Part shown: positions 29,501-41,973 of the stretch, piece by piece
How the letters are laid out: every line of letters starts with the position of its first letter
Position numbering within the stretch: position 1 is the first letter of the stretch
Source: Auanema rhodensis
Lineage: Eukaryota; Animalia; Nematoda
Reading direction: 5' to 3'
Length of the DNA: 64,000 nt
Assembly (NCBI GenBank): GCA_964057225.1
Contig: OZ059896.1
Location: 10,106,001 to 10,170,000 of the forward strand
Made by a program: the position numbers and the translations under genes
Notes under the pieces: model-generated
What the model saw: only the letters and a program-made list of their open reading frames with translations
The model's database searches: none
Told to the model about the DNA's origin: nothing

Positions 29501-30331
29501 AAGACAAAGTGATCTTGTCTGAATATTTCATCTATCTCAAAGTTATATTGAGCAATCCTACTGTCTATTAACATGAGCGCTGGTTAACAGTTCCGTAAAC
29601 TGAATCAACTCGCGATTATCCACATTTGTATTGCAAGGTTCAATCTCTCCAACGGCTTGTATATTAATGCGCACCTGAATCCAGGTGTTTAAACACAACA
29701 CATTTTAAAAAAACCTTTGTGAATTTATTGCCCATATGAGTCTTTGTATTGCTACTAGATATATCACCCTAAAACATATCCGGTAGGTAATAAATATGCT
29801 ATATATACTATACCCCTTCAAGGACGAAATTCATGGGGCAAGTTAGCGGCTTAACTGTGTAGAAGAAATTTCCACAGTCATAAACAACTCCAAATTTCTC
29901 TGAAGACAAAGGTGTTCCTAGTTTAGCAGTATAAGCAATCAAGTCGTGGAAGAGACTCATCGTAACTCTGCGTCTTGCTTGAACAGCAAAACTGGAAAAT
30001 ATGCAAGATACTCAACAAAATTCAGTAAAAACCTACTCATTTCGTTGGCCTATAGTAAGCTCTTTCTCTTTGGTATCATCTTCATTGCATTTAATCATTT
30101 CAATGCGATACTTATAAACTTTCTTCATGCGCTTAATATCAATAACAAACAAATTAGTTTGTACGTCAACATTATCAGCGGCCTTAATAGGGTTGCTGCT
30201 CACCCTCTCTAAACCATGAATAGTTCATTATATCTCCAGCATGGCAACTAACCAGGAGCTTCAAATTGGCTCCAATCCCGCTGCTCTTCATTCTCAGCTT
30301 TAAAAATTGGTTCAGCCTTCGGCTGCATCAT
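26542..30331 (-). CDS. Worm-specific Argonaute (WAGO), probably nuclear NRDE-3/HRDE-1 clade; intact ORF, about 20 exons
   Basis: Complete in-frame splice. N domain (VQTNLF, GQRND, VYDCG), PAZ (YPFLP...FPMEYLDIERGQRV), MID (LKYLEARYSIVTQHV, KTNPKLGGVNH), PIWI (FIGIDVSHAGPQS, EPTVVG, FRSGASEGEY, NVKPGTCVD, QGTAR, YAAANLAKRG), C-terminus HYWA*. Confidence 0.93.
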
Positions 30332-32396
30332 CTGGAAAAGTTGTCATATAGTGAATAGAGAATGGTTGTCAGAGAGTTGGGAATTAAAACAAATGAGTGT
30401 CATACAATGGACGCCAAGTTTGAATATCCAATCGATAACTTTTAGTAGATCAAAATTCAGTATGAGACCATTTAGCGAAGCTAGGAGAGTTACTGTAATC
30501 TTAAACTATATACAAACATTATCCACGAATGTAAAACAATAAACATTATGTTCGAAAGACTAGTATGGAAAAATAAAATAATTTAAAGAAGAAATCGTTC
30601 ATTGCGGATTTCAAATGAAAATTCCAAATGTTCAACAACAACTATACTGAATAATGAAATGAAACTATAACTCATTTAAATTGTTACTTAACTAAAAAAA
30701 TAGAAATATTTTTATTATCAGTATAAATAAAAATACAGAAATTGTATTTTTAACATATTTTTAGACAATTGTGTACAATTGATTTCGCGAATGTATTAGA
30801 ATATGATGAGTTTTCTAAATATGGTCACGTGAAGCTTATAGTGCAGTAAGGATCTTGAGATTGTGCACTAGCGTGGAATAACTCAGAAAAATCAATAATA
30901 CACTGCAATATATAATTGATGTGGCTAGGGCTATCGTTGTTACATATAAGTAAAAAGGAAAAACTACAAATTTAATCTGAGTAGACAATACAGTAAATGT
31001 CTAAAAAAGGTTTAGTATTTTTACTAATAATTTGTACTTTAAATTGGAAATATTGAAACAAACAATATCATCATAAAGAAATAAATATATACATGTTATT
31101 TACATAAATTTATATTTATTCATTTATAAATATATTACTTAATTTACTCTACTCGACAAATGTATTATTGAACAATTTGAACTCAAAACTTACAATATTA
31201 GAATACCATACAAATTCGAACAGCAAAAGAAACCGTTTGAAATGGAAATTAAAAAATTAAAAATAATTAGAAATAGAATATAAATAATATTATATAATAA
31301 AGCAGAATATGTAAAATTTGGGTACAATGTAAGCTTCCTTCGGCGTTATCACTTTGGAGCAATATTTTCATTTACACGCTGTAAATGTGAACGTATAGCG
31401 ACTAGCTAGTCGACCGTATGAGAACGGAGTGCGCTCCCCAGTGGGGGGGGAAGTTACAGTCGATGAAGAACAATGAACAATATAATATTCTTTCTTATGA
31501 TATTGGGTGGAACATTAAGATTATAAATGTATATAATTTATTACAGATCATTTCAATAAATAATTTCTTTTTGACTATCCCTATAGTTATAATCATGAAA
31601 GCGAAGAGAAACGTATTCCCTGAACTACAAAAGTTAAAATTTACGTAATGTTTTTCATTGTTACTATGGAATAGTATATCATGTTATGATGAAGTTGATA
31701 TCATATTATTAATATTTTATTTTAAAATGAGTGTTTAGAAGTAAGTTGAGAACATTTCAAATAACTTACTTAATGAAAGAACAAAAAAAACGATTACAAA
31801 ACTTTAAACCTTGAAAGGATTACTTTATTGTGAGAAAGAGTGATATTTAACTAATCTCTTTCTTAATTTATAGTTTTATATTGTGCATCTATGTTTCATT
31901 TTACATCTCAATATGTATATAAATGAAAATTGAGTGTTTTTTTTTTGTTATTTTTTCAGTTTAAAGTTTAAAATATAGTTTAATACATCAATTTTATTAT
32001 CTCATATACTAATTACTTTTGTGTGAATATTGCTGGTTTGTTCTATTAACTTTGCTGAAGTTGTGAAATTAGTGTTAATAATATGTACTTTTAAATGTAG
32101 TTTCTTTTACTTTTTGTGATTATAACTGTGTCGAAGAACATTCAACAGTCTTCATCACTCGGATCTTGGTTGTCTGTTTATAAAGTTTTAAGTTTATCAT
32201 ACATCGTATCATATAAATATCATAATAATAGTATACGGAAATTCCCAACGCGTGTAACATGAAAATGTCGATTGCCATTTGATTATTACTCTTGATAATT
32301 TCAATTCCTCTATACAATCTAAACTTGAGTTTCATAATTTATCCACTATTCCCATTTGTTTTCAGGAGTCTATCAGAAGTCGTTCATTTTTCAATA

Positions 32397-33719
32397 ATGT
32401 TGAAGTTTTTTCTTGGCATAATATTAGGTGTATTTACACTGCTCGGAATTCTTATAACATTATTAGCTTTATATCCTGTATATTATTTGGCGTTTAAGTA
32501 AGTGAAATGTTGATTTTTATCATTTTCCTAACATAACAGTATACCTGTTCAGAAAAAAATCATCTCCAATATATGTGATTGCTGCATCAAATCTTTCAAT
32601 TGATCTAATTCAATTGTTACTAGCTTTCTTCTACCTCAGCCCTTCAATTGTTTCAAATGTAAAATATTTAAATTACATTAATGTTTTCAAATCATTACCA
32701 CATACGTTGCAGAATTGGTTATTTCCTGGAAAACGTAATGATCCTGTTGTTAAATACCTGTCAGATATTTTTTTATTTTGTTGGTACAACTTATCTGTCT
32801 CTCAGATAATAATGGCTGTTAACAGGTTTTAATTTGAAATATTCTGAAATAAAATACCGAAAATTATTCCAGACTTGTTGTAGTTTGCTTACCAAGTTTC
32901 TCATTTTTTACATATTCGGTTGTCTGTGTCTTTGTTATTCTGTTATATCCAGCATCACTTAGTCTTTGTGTAGTTTCACAACATTACACTCCATGTTGCG
33001 CGTAAGTTCATTCAAATATAAATAGAAACGAATATATTGATATCTTCAGATTTTCTTTTGATCAAGAACTTAATTCTTATTCATATACAACAATTGAAAA
33101 TGTGATAAATTTTTCAAATGAATACATCGATCTTCCGTTAAACACTTTATCTTCTTCTATCTGCGCATTTTGCTACATTACCGTATGTTAAATCCTACGT
33201 GATCATAAAAATCAGAAATTAACTTTTTCATTACTTTTAGTTAATTGTTTATGTGCGAAGATCAACGAACAAAGTTTTACTTAGTCAAAATGCCCGACAT
33301 AAAAGAAATATGAAAGAATATATGTAATTATATAATATTTATTTCTATATAAATAATAACAATTTAGGTATGCTGTACAATTCTGCGTAATTTCTGTATT
33401 TTACCTATTTTCTTGGGTTTTATTCCGAGTTCTACCTCCATTTGTAATTTTGTTCGATGGTTCAGTTAACTGGTTCATCTTTATTCCAATCTGCGTTTCA
33501 ATTAATAGTAGCGCAAATGCTTTAGTGTACTTGTTAGCTAATAACGAAGTTGATAACATTTTTATGAAAATATACTTAACTATACAATTATAGGTTAAAC
33601 GTATTTTGTTACAAAGAATGCTTCCTATTATCAATAAAGTTCCATTCTACTTCAGTTATGCTCGAAAGACAGCACCTGCAGTACAAGGAAGCAGTCGCAT
33701 TTCTGAACTTGCTAAATAA
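32397..33719 (+). CDS. Serpentine chemoreceptor, srx/srxa-type (copy 1)
   Basis: 7TM pattern after splicing: KKSSPIYVIAASNL, FCWY...MAVNRLVVVC, PCC.F.FD...SYSY, DLPLN, YAVQFC, INSSANALVYL..N.EV. Confidence 0.88.
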
Positions 33720-34495
33720 GTTAATATTTGGACGATTTTTCTGCAATTTGCTACTTTATTGTGATTTTAAGTTGTGTATAAACTTCTTTTATAATTATCA
33801 TATATCATGTGAGGATTAATATTTAAAAAGGATAAAGAGTGATCTAAGCTATAAGCTTTCACGTAACTTACTTCTTAATCTGGATACAATTCTGATTTCA
33901 ATGATCCGCAATGTCATTAGACAAGAGAAACTATGAATTTTGAATGAATGTATGTGAATGTGGAATTTCTTTCATTACTTTATACATCCTGTTCTCGCAT
34001 CAAGCTTTCAGGTTGATGTCCATCCGCGCAGCTTTTTTTGATCGAAAATCGAACTTTAAGACAATTTTGAACCGGATAACTTTTTCATCTCAAGAAATCT
34101 TGAGATAGGTATTTAAAGAAAAGAAACAAGAAGATTCATTTATTTTGTGTTATTTAGTTTTCTTAGAGCTTTAAATACATATATTTTATGAATTAAGACA
34201 GGTTTCAAAAGAAATAATTATAATATGAGATTATTTTTTGTAACTTATTCAACCTTTTATTAAATGTTTTATATTTTTATGTACATTATAGTTTATTCTA
34301 ATCCTTTCTATAAAAATTTTCTTAACTCTAATCACTATCTATATCAAGTTGAGAAAAGCTTTTTAAAATTAAAATTATACAATAGAATAAATAGTTAAAT
34401 CTGCTTAATCTTCAAGAATTTCATATTATACGTATAGTTATTATACTAAAAATTCTAATAATTGTTTAAATTATTCAAATTATTGTTTTTTTAGA

Positions 34496-35911
34496 ATGGG
34501 AAGTTCTTCCATCGCCGTCATTACAACTATATCAGCTGTAATAACATTTGGTTCTGTATTGGCTACTGTCATTTTGGCAATTGATATGAATTCCTTTTTT
34601 AATGTTTCCCTAACAACTATTAATGAATTTGACGTGAGTAGTATGAGTAAAATAGATAATTATTACAAAAAAATTTTATAATTATTTAGGATTATGCAAA
34701 AATTGCTTGGGAAAAGATGATGGAAGTTAATTACAAGAAGCAGTCAGCAAATATCTTTCGTACAAAACGAGATACAAAATGTGCATGTTCTCTTGCTCCA
34801 CATAATTGCCCAGACGGTCCCAGAGGTGTGATCTTTCATCAAGATCTTTAATTTCTCATAATTTCTTTAAAGGAAGCTCTGGAATTCCTGGAGAGCCAGG
34901 TAAGGATGGACTTCCTGGGGAAATAGGAAGAGATGGTGAGCCTGCTTGTCAACTTGGTTGTGGACAATATCAAAATTCGGATGGCTGTATTAGGGTAACA
35001 TCTAATTTTTATTATCAATATTCATTTTATGATAATTTTCATCAAATATTACACATGGTAACAATACAAAAAGTAATTTTTAACAATAGCATACTTCTAT
35101 TAATGACGTCATTAACAAAAAAAGTATTATGTATATTAATGAATAGAATACGTGGGAATATTTTAAACTCTCAAGACAAATTCTCATTGTGATGCAAAAC
35201 TAGTATATTGCGAAATTACAAATGATTTAACAAATTGATTACCATTAAATGGATTTATCTAAATTACGAAATTATACAATTCTTATTCCAGTGCCCTGCA
35301 GGACAGCCAGGTCCTCCTGGACCACCGGGAGAACCAGGACCAACAGGACCATCTGGAGCTACTGGTCCTTGTGGACCAACCGGACGACAAGGACTAGTAA
35401 GCTAGTAAGGGAAGGGATATAACTAAAAAATTAATTATAGCCGGGACAAAGAGGAGAAAACGGTTATCAAGGAGAAGCAGGAAGACAAGGACCCGCAGGA
35501 ATACAAGGTGTTCCAGGAAAAAATGTCGGAAGTTGTCCTGGACCTGCTCTTCCCGGCCCACCGGGTATGTAAGCTAAATATTTTTCAACGTTACGTTTTG
35601 CATTTGTTCTAAGAACTCTAATATCATACTTTTATTTTATGTTAAGCATATCAATATTTTAGGACAACCTGGAAGACCTGGTCTCACCGGTAGCCCTGGA
35701 GAAAATGGTATTCCAGGACAGGTCGGACCTCAAGGAGTTTATGGAGCACCTGGTAAAGATGGTCGCCATGTGAGTTGATTGTGATATGCTTTCAAGTTAC
35801 CAATATTCATAACAGGGATTACATGGAAGAAATGGCAAAAGAGGAAGCCCTGGTATTCCAGGAGATGATGCTGCTTACTGTGCTTGCCCTGATCGAACAC
35901 TTGCAGCATAA
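34496..35911 (+). CDS. Nematode cuticle collagen
   Basis: N-terminal hydrophobic Col_cuticle_N segment, RTKR furin site, CAC...NCPDGPRG, interrupted Gly-X-Y repeats, C-terminal GDDAAYCACPDR. Confidence 0.95.
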
Positions 35912-36368
35912 ACACTACAAGATTATTAAGAAATAAAAGAAATAAGAGTTATTATTATTATTTTAAAGAAAATATTATGATGATCTTCTCTATTCTATAT
36001 ATTAGACATTATAATATATAAACAAAATTTCTTCAAAGGTTTGAAGTATTCTCATTAATCTATATTTGATGGCAATACTTGGGATTCAAGAAATATGATT
36101 TATTTAAAATACAACTTATATTCATGATAAGCTTATAACTTATTAATATCCATTATATTTGCTATCAAAAACATTATTAAAGAAGATTATCAATTACATA
36201 ATATTCAAAATACATAAAATATAAAATCAGAAAGGCCACATAAACTTTATTCGGTCTAAAGATTGCATTATAGATTATAGGTCCAGAATAAAAGAATAGC
36301 CACAACAGAAAATCCAAGTAAATCGAGCTGTTATAACTCATAGGTATGCTACAAGTATTGATATCATA

Positions 36369-37046
36369 TTAGGTGTGTCAATAAAAACGTAGCCACCCGC
36401 AAGAATTTGAAAAAAATGTGCTAATTTTACAAAATTTGAAAATATTTAAATCTGATAAAACAAAAAAAAAATTTTTATTTTGTTTTTTTCCTCTGAAAAA
36501 ACGTTTTTATTTTACCCACTTTAATTTTTTGATTTTTCATTATGGATGTAGCACAAATGCGCCATGTCCTTCTTTCTCATTAGCCACCAAAAAATGAAGG
36601 CTATTTATGAAGAATCTTCTCCAGCATACAGCACATGTAAGAAGTGGTTTGCCCGCTTCAAAACCGGCAAGAACAATCTTGCAGATCGTCAGAGACCCGG
36701 TGTCAGTCAGAAATTCAATGATTCTGACCTCCAAAATACTCTCGATCAAATTCCTGGAGCAACCAAACTCCAGATCGGGAAAAAACGGGAAAAAAAGTCC
36801 GTTTTCTGGAATGAAAACAGAGTTCTCTACTATGAGCTTTTACCTTACGGTAGAACCATCATATGGAGAACACTAATCAGAGTTTTGAAGCATCCTACCT
36901 ATTCTCCAGACCTTGCTCCAATAGATTACCATCTATTCAGGTCAATGGAACATAGATTGAGAGGGGCAAGCTTCAAAACTATTGAGGAAGTTGATTTCAT
37001 TCATTTCAAATTTTCATTTAAAAAATTTCGACATACATATTTGTAG
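36369..37046 (+). mobile_element. Degenerate mariner transposon (truncated, internally deleted transposase)
   Basis: TA followed by a TTAGGTGTGTCAATAAAAACG mariner-like left TIR. HTH fragment CKKWFARFKTG...LADRQRPG and catalytic motif HPTYSPDLAPIDYHLFRSM are present; the 5' end is frameshifted, the WVPHEL region and first Asp are missing, and I found no right TIR. Confidence 0.9.
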
Positions 37047-37482
37047 TTTTATTCAAAGTATGTAATAATACCAAATTTAAATATAAATAATTTAATTCAA
37101 ATTCGAAGTTTTCGTGAATTGAATACTAGTTAATAACCCTGATGAGACAACGTGATAATACGAAATACCGTTTTTGGTGTGTACGAAAAGAGCAAACGAA
37201 TTAAAGTTAAAAGCATCATATTAAGTTCAGAGAACATTCTTCTAAAATTAATGAAAACGACAGATACCTCATGAAGTTTCAAATTTGTTTTCACAGCTCT
37301 TTATGGTATTACTTAAGTTCTAATTTTCGAAAATTTTCTATACGAATTCGTGAAATCAAAATCATTAATCTCAACATAACAGTTTCAATATTTTGTTTTA
37401 TATTCCCAAAATAATTAAAAATCTGTAACAATCTTTTTTCGTTCAAGAGTGAAGATTTCAGAAAATACAGATATTTAGTTGA

Positions 37483-38818
37483 ATGTTGAAGCATATTCTT
37501 CTTACAATTCTTGCATCAACTTCGTTTCTAGGACTATTCATAAATATTTTAATAGTCTATCCTGTGGTACTGTTGGCTTTCAAGTAATATTCGACAATTT
37601 TTTCGTTAATGTTACCAAATATTTTCATTTTTTTCAGGAAAAAGTCTTCTCCTATTTATGTGATTGCTCTATCGAGTTTATGCTTAGATTGTTTTCAAAT
37701 TTTTTCAGTTTTATGTTACACCATTCCATCAACACTTCTAGATGTACAATCATATTTATTCAATATTTTCACTCTTCATTAACAAGTTTTCAGGATTGGT
37801 TATTTCCAGGTGAAAGATTTAGCCCTGCTATGAAGTTCATATCTGATATTTTTATCTATTGTTGGTATACCATTTCATCATCACAATTTCTAACAGCAGT
37901 TAATAGGTAAAATTCACTTAAGACTTCAATGAGAGTTATCTTTCAGATTGGTTGTTGTCTGTTTTCCACAATATAATATTTTTACTTTTAAAGTAGTCTG
38001 TATACTCGTTGTACTACAATATGTTTTAGCTTTTATAATAACATTAACCACACAGCACATTCTACCATGCTGCGCGTATATTTTGATTTTTCTTAATTTT
38101 TATGAAAAAAATATGATTTAGGTTTACGCTTGATAAAGACATATATTCCTATTCTTATAATAATATAGAGGGAGATATAAATTATGCGAATTTATATGTA
38201 GATCTTCCTATAAATAGTATAACATCAATAACATGTATAATATGTTATACTACTGTCAGTTTTGAATGATACAACTCAAAATTACAAAAAAAAAAAGAAT
38301 TTCAGATAGTAATTTATGTGAGAAAATCAAGTAAAAACGCAAATCTTAGTAAAATAGCTCGAAATAAACGAAAACTTAAAGAATACATGTAAGTATACGT
38401 ATAAGTATAATATAAGTATAATATAAGTATAAGTATATATTCTTTTATATTAATTAGATCATATATTCTCAGATATATTAATGTATTTAGGTATGCTATA
38501 CAGTTCTGTGTGATCTCTGTTTTTTATTGTTTTTGTTGGATATTATTTCGTGTTATGCCACCAATCGTGTTAAATATTTTAAAAGTTTCTCCTTCTTTGC
38601 TTATTATAACACCGATTTGTGTAACAATTAACAGTAGTGCTAATGCATTCATTTTTCTTCTTGTTAATACTGAGGTAAATCACTTTTACTGAATAATAAA
38701 ATAGAAACATTTCAAGGTGAAACGAATTGTTTCTGAACATACTCGTCCTGTTGTTCATATGATCAAAAGCACCACAGGAGCACTTATTGATAATCGATTA
38801 TTTAAATCAACCAATTAA
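37483..38818 (+). CDS. Serpentine chemoreceptor, srx/srxa-type (copy 2)
   Basis: Same intron positions and motifs as copy 1 (KKSSPIYVIA, WLFPG, YCWY, AVNRLVVVC, PCC, DLPIN, YAIQFC, INSSANAFIFLLVNTEV). Confidence 0.88.
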
Positions 38819-39054
38819 AATAAAATAATTTGTATGAGTTTTTGAAAATTAAAGATAAATATTATATATATTTCATTCTCCCATGATACTCATTAAATAC
38901 AATGATAAACTTATCAATAAATGTTTTGCTTTGACAATGTATATATCAATTTTAATAATTGTACAATCACGAAGAAAAGAAGTAAAATTGGTTTCCTTGT
39001 CTCAGTATTCCTAGAAATTCACCAATATCTACAAATCTGATACATTTATACATA

Positions 39055-39126
39055 CAGTGTGGTCCTGGCGATGAACCTCGGACACCGACTAGGAACCCTC
39101 ATATCTTTTCAGACAAACTACAAAAA
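39055..39126 (+). mobile_element. MITE arm related to the qui-1 intronic element
   Basis: GTCCTGGCGATGAACCTCGGACACCGACT...TATCTTTTCAGACAAACTACAAAAA aligns over ~60 bp with the reverse complement of 20993-21054; preceded by TA-CAGT. Confidence 0.7.
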
Positions 39127-39368
39127 TTCAGAAAAAATATATTTTAAGTGTTGAAAAACGATAATGAATTTAGAAAAAAATTATAACAATCAATTAATCA
39201 TGTTTAAAAGTGTTTTCTGGGAGCCTCGAAAATGTTCATACACTGCTTAAAGTTTTCTTTCTTGAATTTAATGAGTTTCATCAGAACTTCAGGTATAATT
39301 TTTCGATAGAGTGTTAGAAGTACACTAAACGTCAAACGTTTTTATTTTAATGAGAGAATTTCTTCATA

Positions 39369-39493
39369 CAGTCATATTCAATGGAATTTGGACACTCATT
39401 AGAAGACATAATTTTTCTTAAACTTCAGACATAATTTTTCTTATGTATACCCAAAACAGGTAGAACGACTCCAATGTTCATCTAATTGGACGA
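39369..39493. mobile_element. More degenerate copy of the same MITE family
   Basis: TA-CAGTCATATTCAATGGAATTTGGACACTCA resembles the left TIR and CCAATGTTCATCTAATTGGAC resembles the right TIR; internal 17 bp direct repeat AGACATAATTTTTCTTA x2. Confidence 0.4.
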
Positions 39494-40098
39494 TCAAATA
39501 TTGAATACTATGTAATTTTTTTTTTTAAATTTATTATATTATTTTATTAGAATTTCAAATATATTCCTGCTCAACAGTAATATAAAAAAAATGTCAAATT
39601 CATAACTTTAACCTTAGTTTCATTCATATCATTCGTTTTTGGAAAATCTAATTCCTAACTTCTTTTTCACTACTTAAATTTTGAAGGATATATCGTTGTG
39701 TATACAAGTAAACAGAAAAATAAACATATTTCAGTAATACACTGAAGTTTTTTTATTAATCACATTGACTAATAATTATAAAATATTAATTATAAATACA
39801 ATAATATTACATATTTATAAATACTATATTCATGGAAATATATTTGCAAGAATAGCTTTAATTTGATATAATGTACATACAAATAGAGCAAAGAAATGGG
39901 AGGGCATTTAGTATAATTATTTTTATAAAGGATTTATATTGTTTTTTTTGTTTAATATAATAATTTCTACTTAAAGTGTTCATATAAATATTTAATTCTT
40001 AACAATTTTCAAATTTGTCATCAGGTATATTGGGAAAATTAAAAAAAAACTTTTCATTTGGAGTCTCTTTCAGAACTAAGGTTTATGCTCTAACGACT

Positions 40099-41454
40099 AT
40101 GCTTAAAATAATTCTTCTAACCATACTTGGTGTTGTTACGTTTTTGGGATTAATAATAACTGTTCTTGTAATGTATCCAGTAGCAGTACTAGCATTTCAG
40201 TATGTTTTAAATATTTTACAGTTAAAGTGAATGTTGAGAGCCTCAAACTTTTTTTTCAGAAAAAAATCGTCTCCTATCTATGTAATTGCTTTCGCTAATC
40301 TATTAGTTGACAGTGGTGTATTACTTATTACATTATTTTATTCATTTCCTTCGATATTCCTAGATGTAATTATTTATTTTTATATTTTTCCTTTATTTAT
40401 AATTCAGAGCTTTATATATTCGTTTGCACGTGACGATCCCAGCATTATTTTTTTATCAGATATGTTCAGATTTTGCTGGTATTGTGCTACTGCTGCACAA
40501 ATCACAATGGCTATCAACAGGTTAAAATAAATTATTTTTTCATAAAATGCAGAAGCATATATGGATTTACAGATTAATTGTCGTTTGCTTTCCACGATTT
40601 AATATTTTTACATATAAAGTTGTTAGTACAATTGTTATAGTTATGAGTATTATAAATGCATTTCTAGTTTTCGTTTCTCAACATTATATGCAATGTTGTA
40701 TGTATGTTTTACAAATATTTCAATTTTATATAATCATTTTTATATAATTAAGGCTTGTTCTGGATAAAGAATACTATTCCTATTCATTTATTCATATAGG
40801 CAATATTTCAAACTCTGCTGATAATTACATTGATATTCCATTAAACGTCTCAACATCAACGATTTGTATAATATGTTATACTACTGTCAGTTTTGAATGA
40901 TACAACTCAAAATTACAAAAAAAAAAGAATTTCAGATAGTAATTTATGTGAGAAAATCAAGTAAAAACGCAAATCTTAGTAAAATAGCTCGAAATAGACG
41001 AAAACTTAAAGAATACATGTAAGTATACGTATAAGTATAATATAAGTATAATATAAGTATAAGTATATATTCTTTTATATTAATTAGATAATATATTCTC
41101 AGATATATTAATGTATTTAGGTATGCTATACAGTTCTGTTCACTTGCAGTAATCTTCTTGTTCGCTTGGACTTTCTTCCGACTTCTTCCATATTTTGTGT
41201 TCAAATATCGCGCTTCATACGTTTGGCTTATTATAAATCCAATTACTTTAGCTGCTACAAGTTGTGCTAACGGTGTGGTTTATTTTTTTACAAATACTGA
41301 GGTAATATCATTATAATTTAAAAATATTTAATATTTTCAAAACAATGCTATATTTCAGGTTAAAAAAATTCTTATTGATAAATTTGTTCCACATTCGCAC
41401 AATACTACTACAATATTACAAGTAAGTGCATTCTCAGATTATCATCATCAATAA
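40099..41454 (+). CDS. Serpentine chemoreceptor, srx/srxa-type (copy 3)
   Basis: Same architecture (KKSSPIYVIAFANL, FCWY, MAINRLIVVC, QCC, DIPLN, YAIQFC, CANGVVYFFTNTEV); the last exon end is uncertain. Confidence 0.87.
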
Positions 41455-41973
41455 GTAATGCTTGAAAACAGATTATATACAATCAGTTTCCTTTTTTGTT
41501 GATATTTTGTCATAATTCAGTGTATATCGAAGTTATTCAAAAATAAACAAATTTAAGTAGTACAAATATGCAATAAAACCACAGGAAATACAATTAGTTT
41601 CAAAATATATTGTAAAGGGGGGGGGGGGTTTATTAAATTGTATCCACCACTAATATCATGATATAGAAAATTGAACCATCTTTTATATTCATTGTATTCT
41701 TTTTTAGTTTATTATAAATTTATTTCAAATAAATTTTTGTATTATTACAATTCATAAATTTTTGTTTCATATTGTCTTGTTCTATGTATTAATAGTTAAT
41801 AGAAAAATATAATTTCACTATTAGTACAATATATGAATATTTTAATTTGAAAAAAAAATGTTTAAACTAAACTTAAACTTAAAACTTCCTTTATTTCAGT
41901 CATAAGATTGTTTGAAAAGCCAATAAAGCAAATGAGATTTTTTAACAAAGTTCTATAGATTCTAAATAAAAAC

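Noticed and set aside
31459-31471. GTCGATGAAGAAC match to 5.8S rRNA, and a GTTATC sbRNA-like motif at ~31345
   Set aside because: The matches are short and the flanks do not resemble 5.8S rRNA or the sbRNA stem
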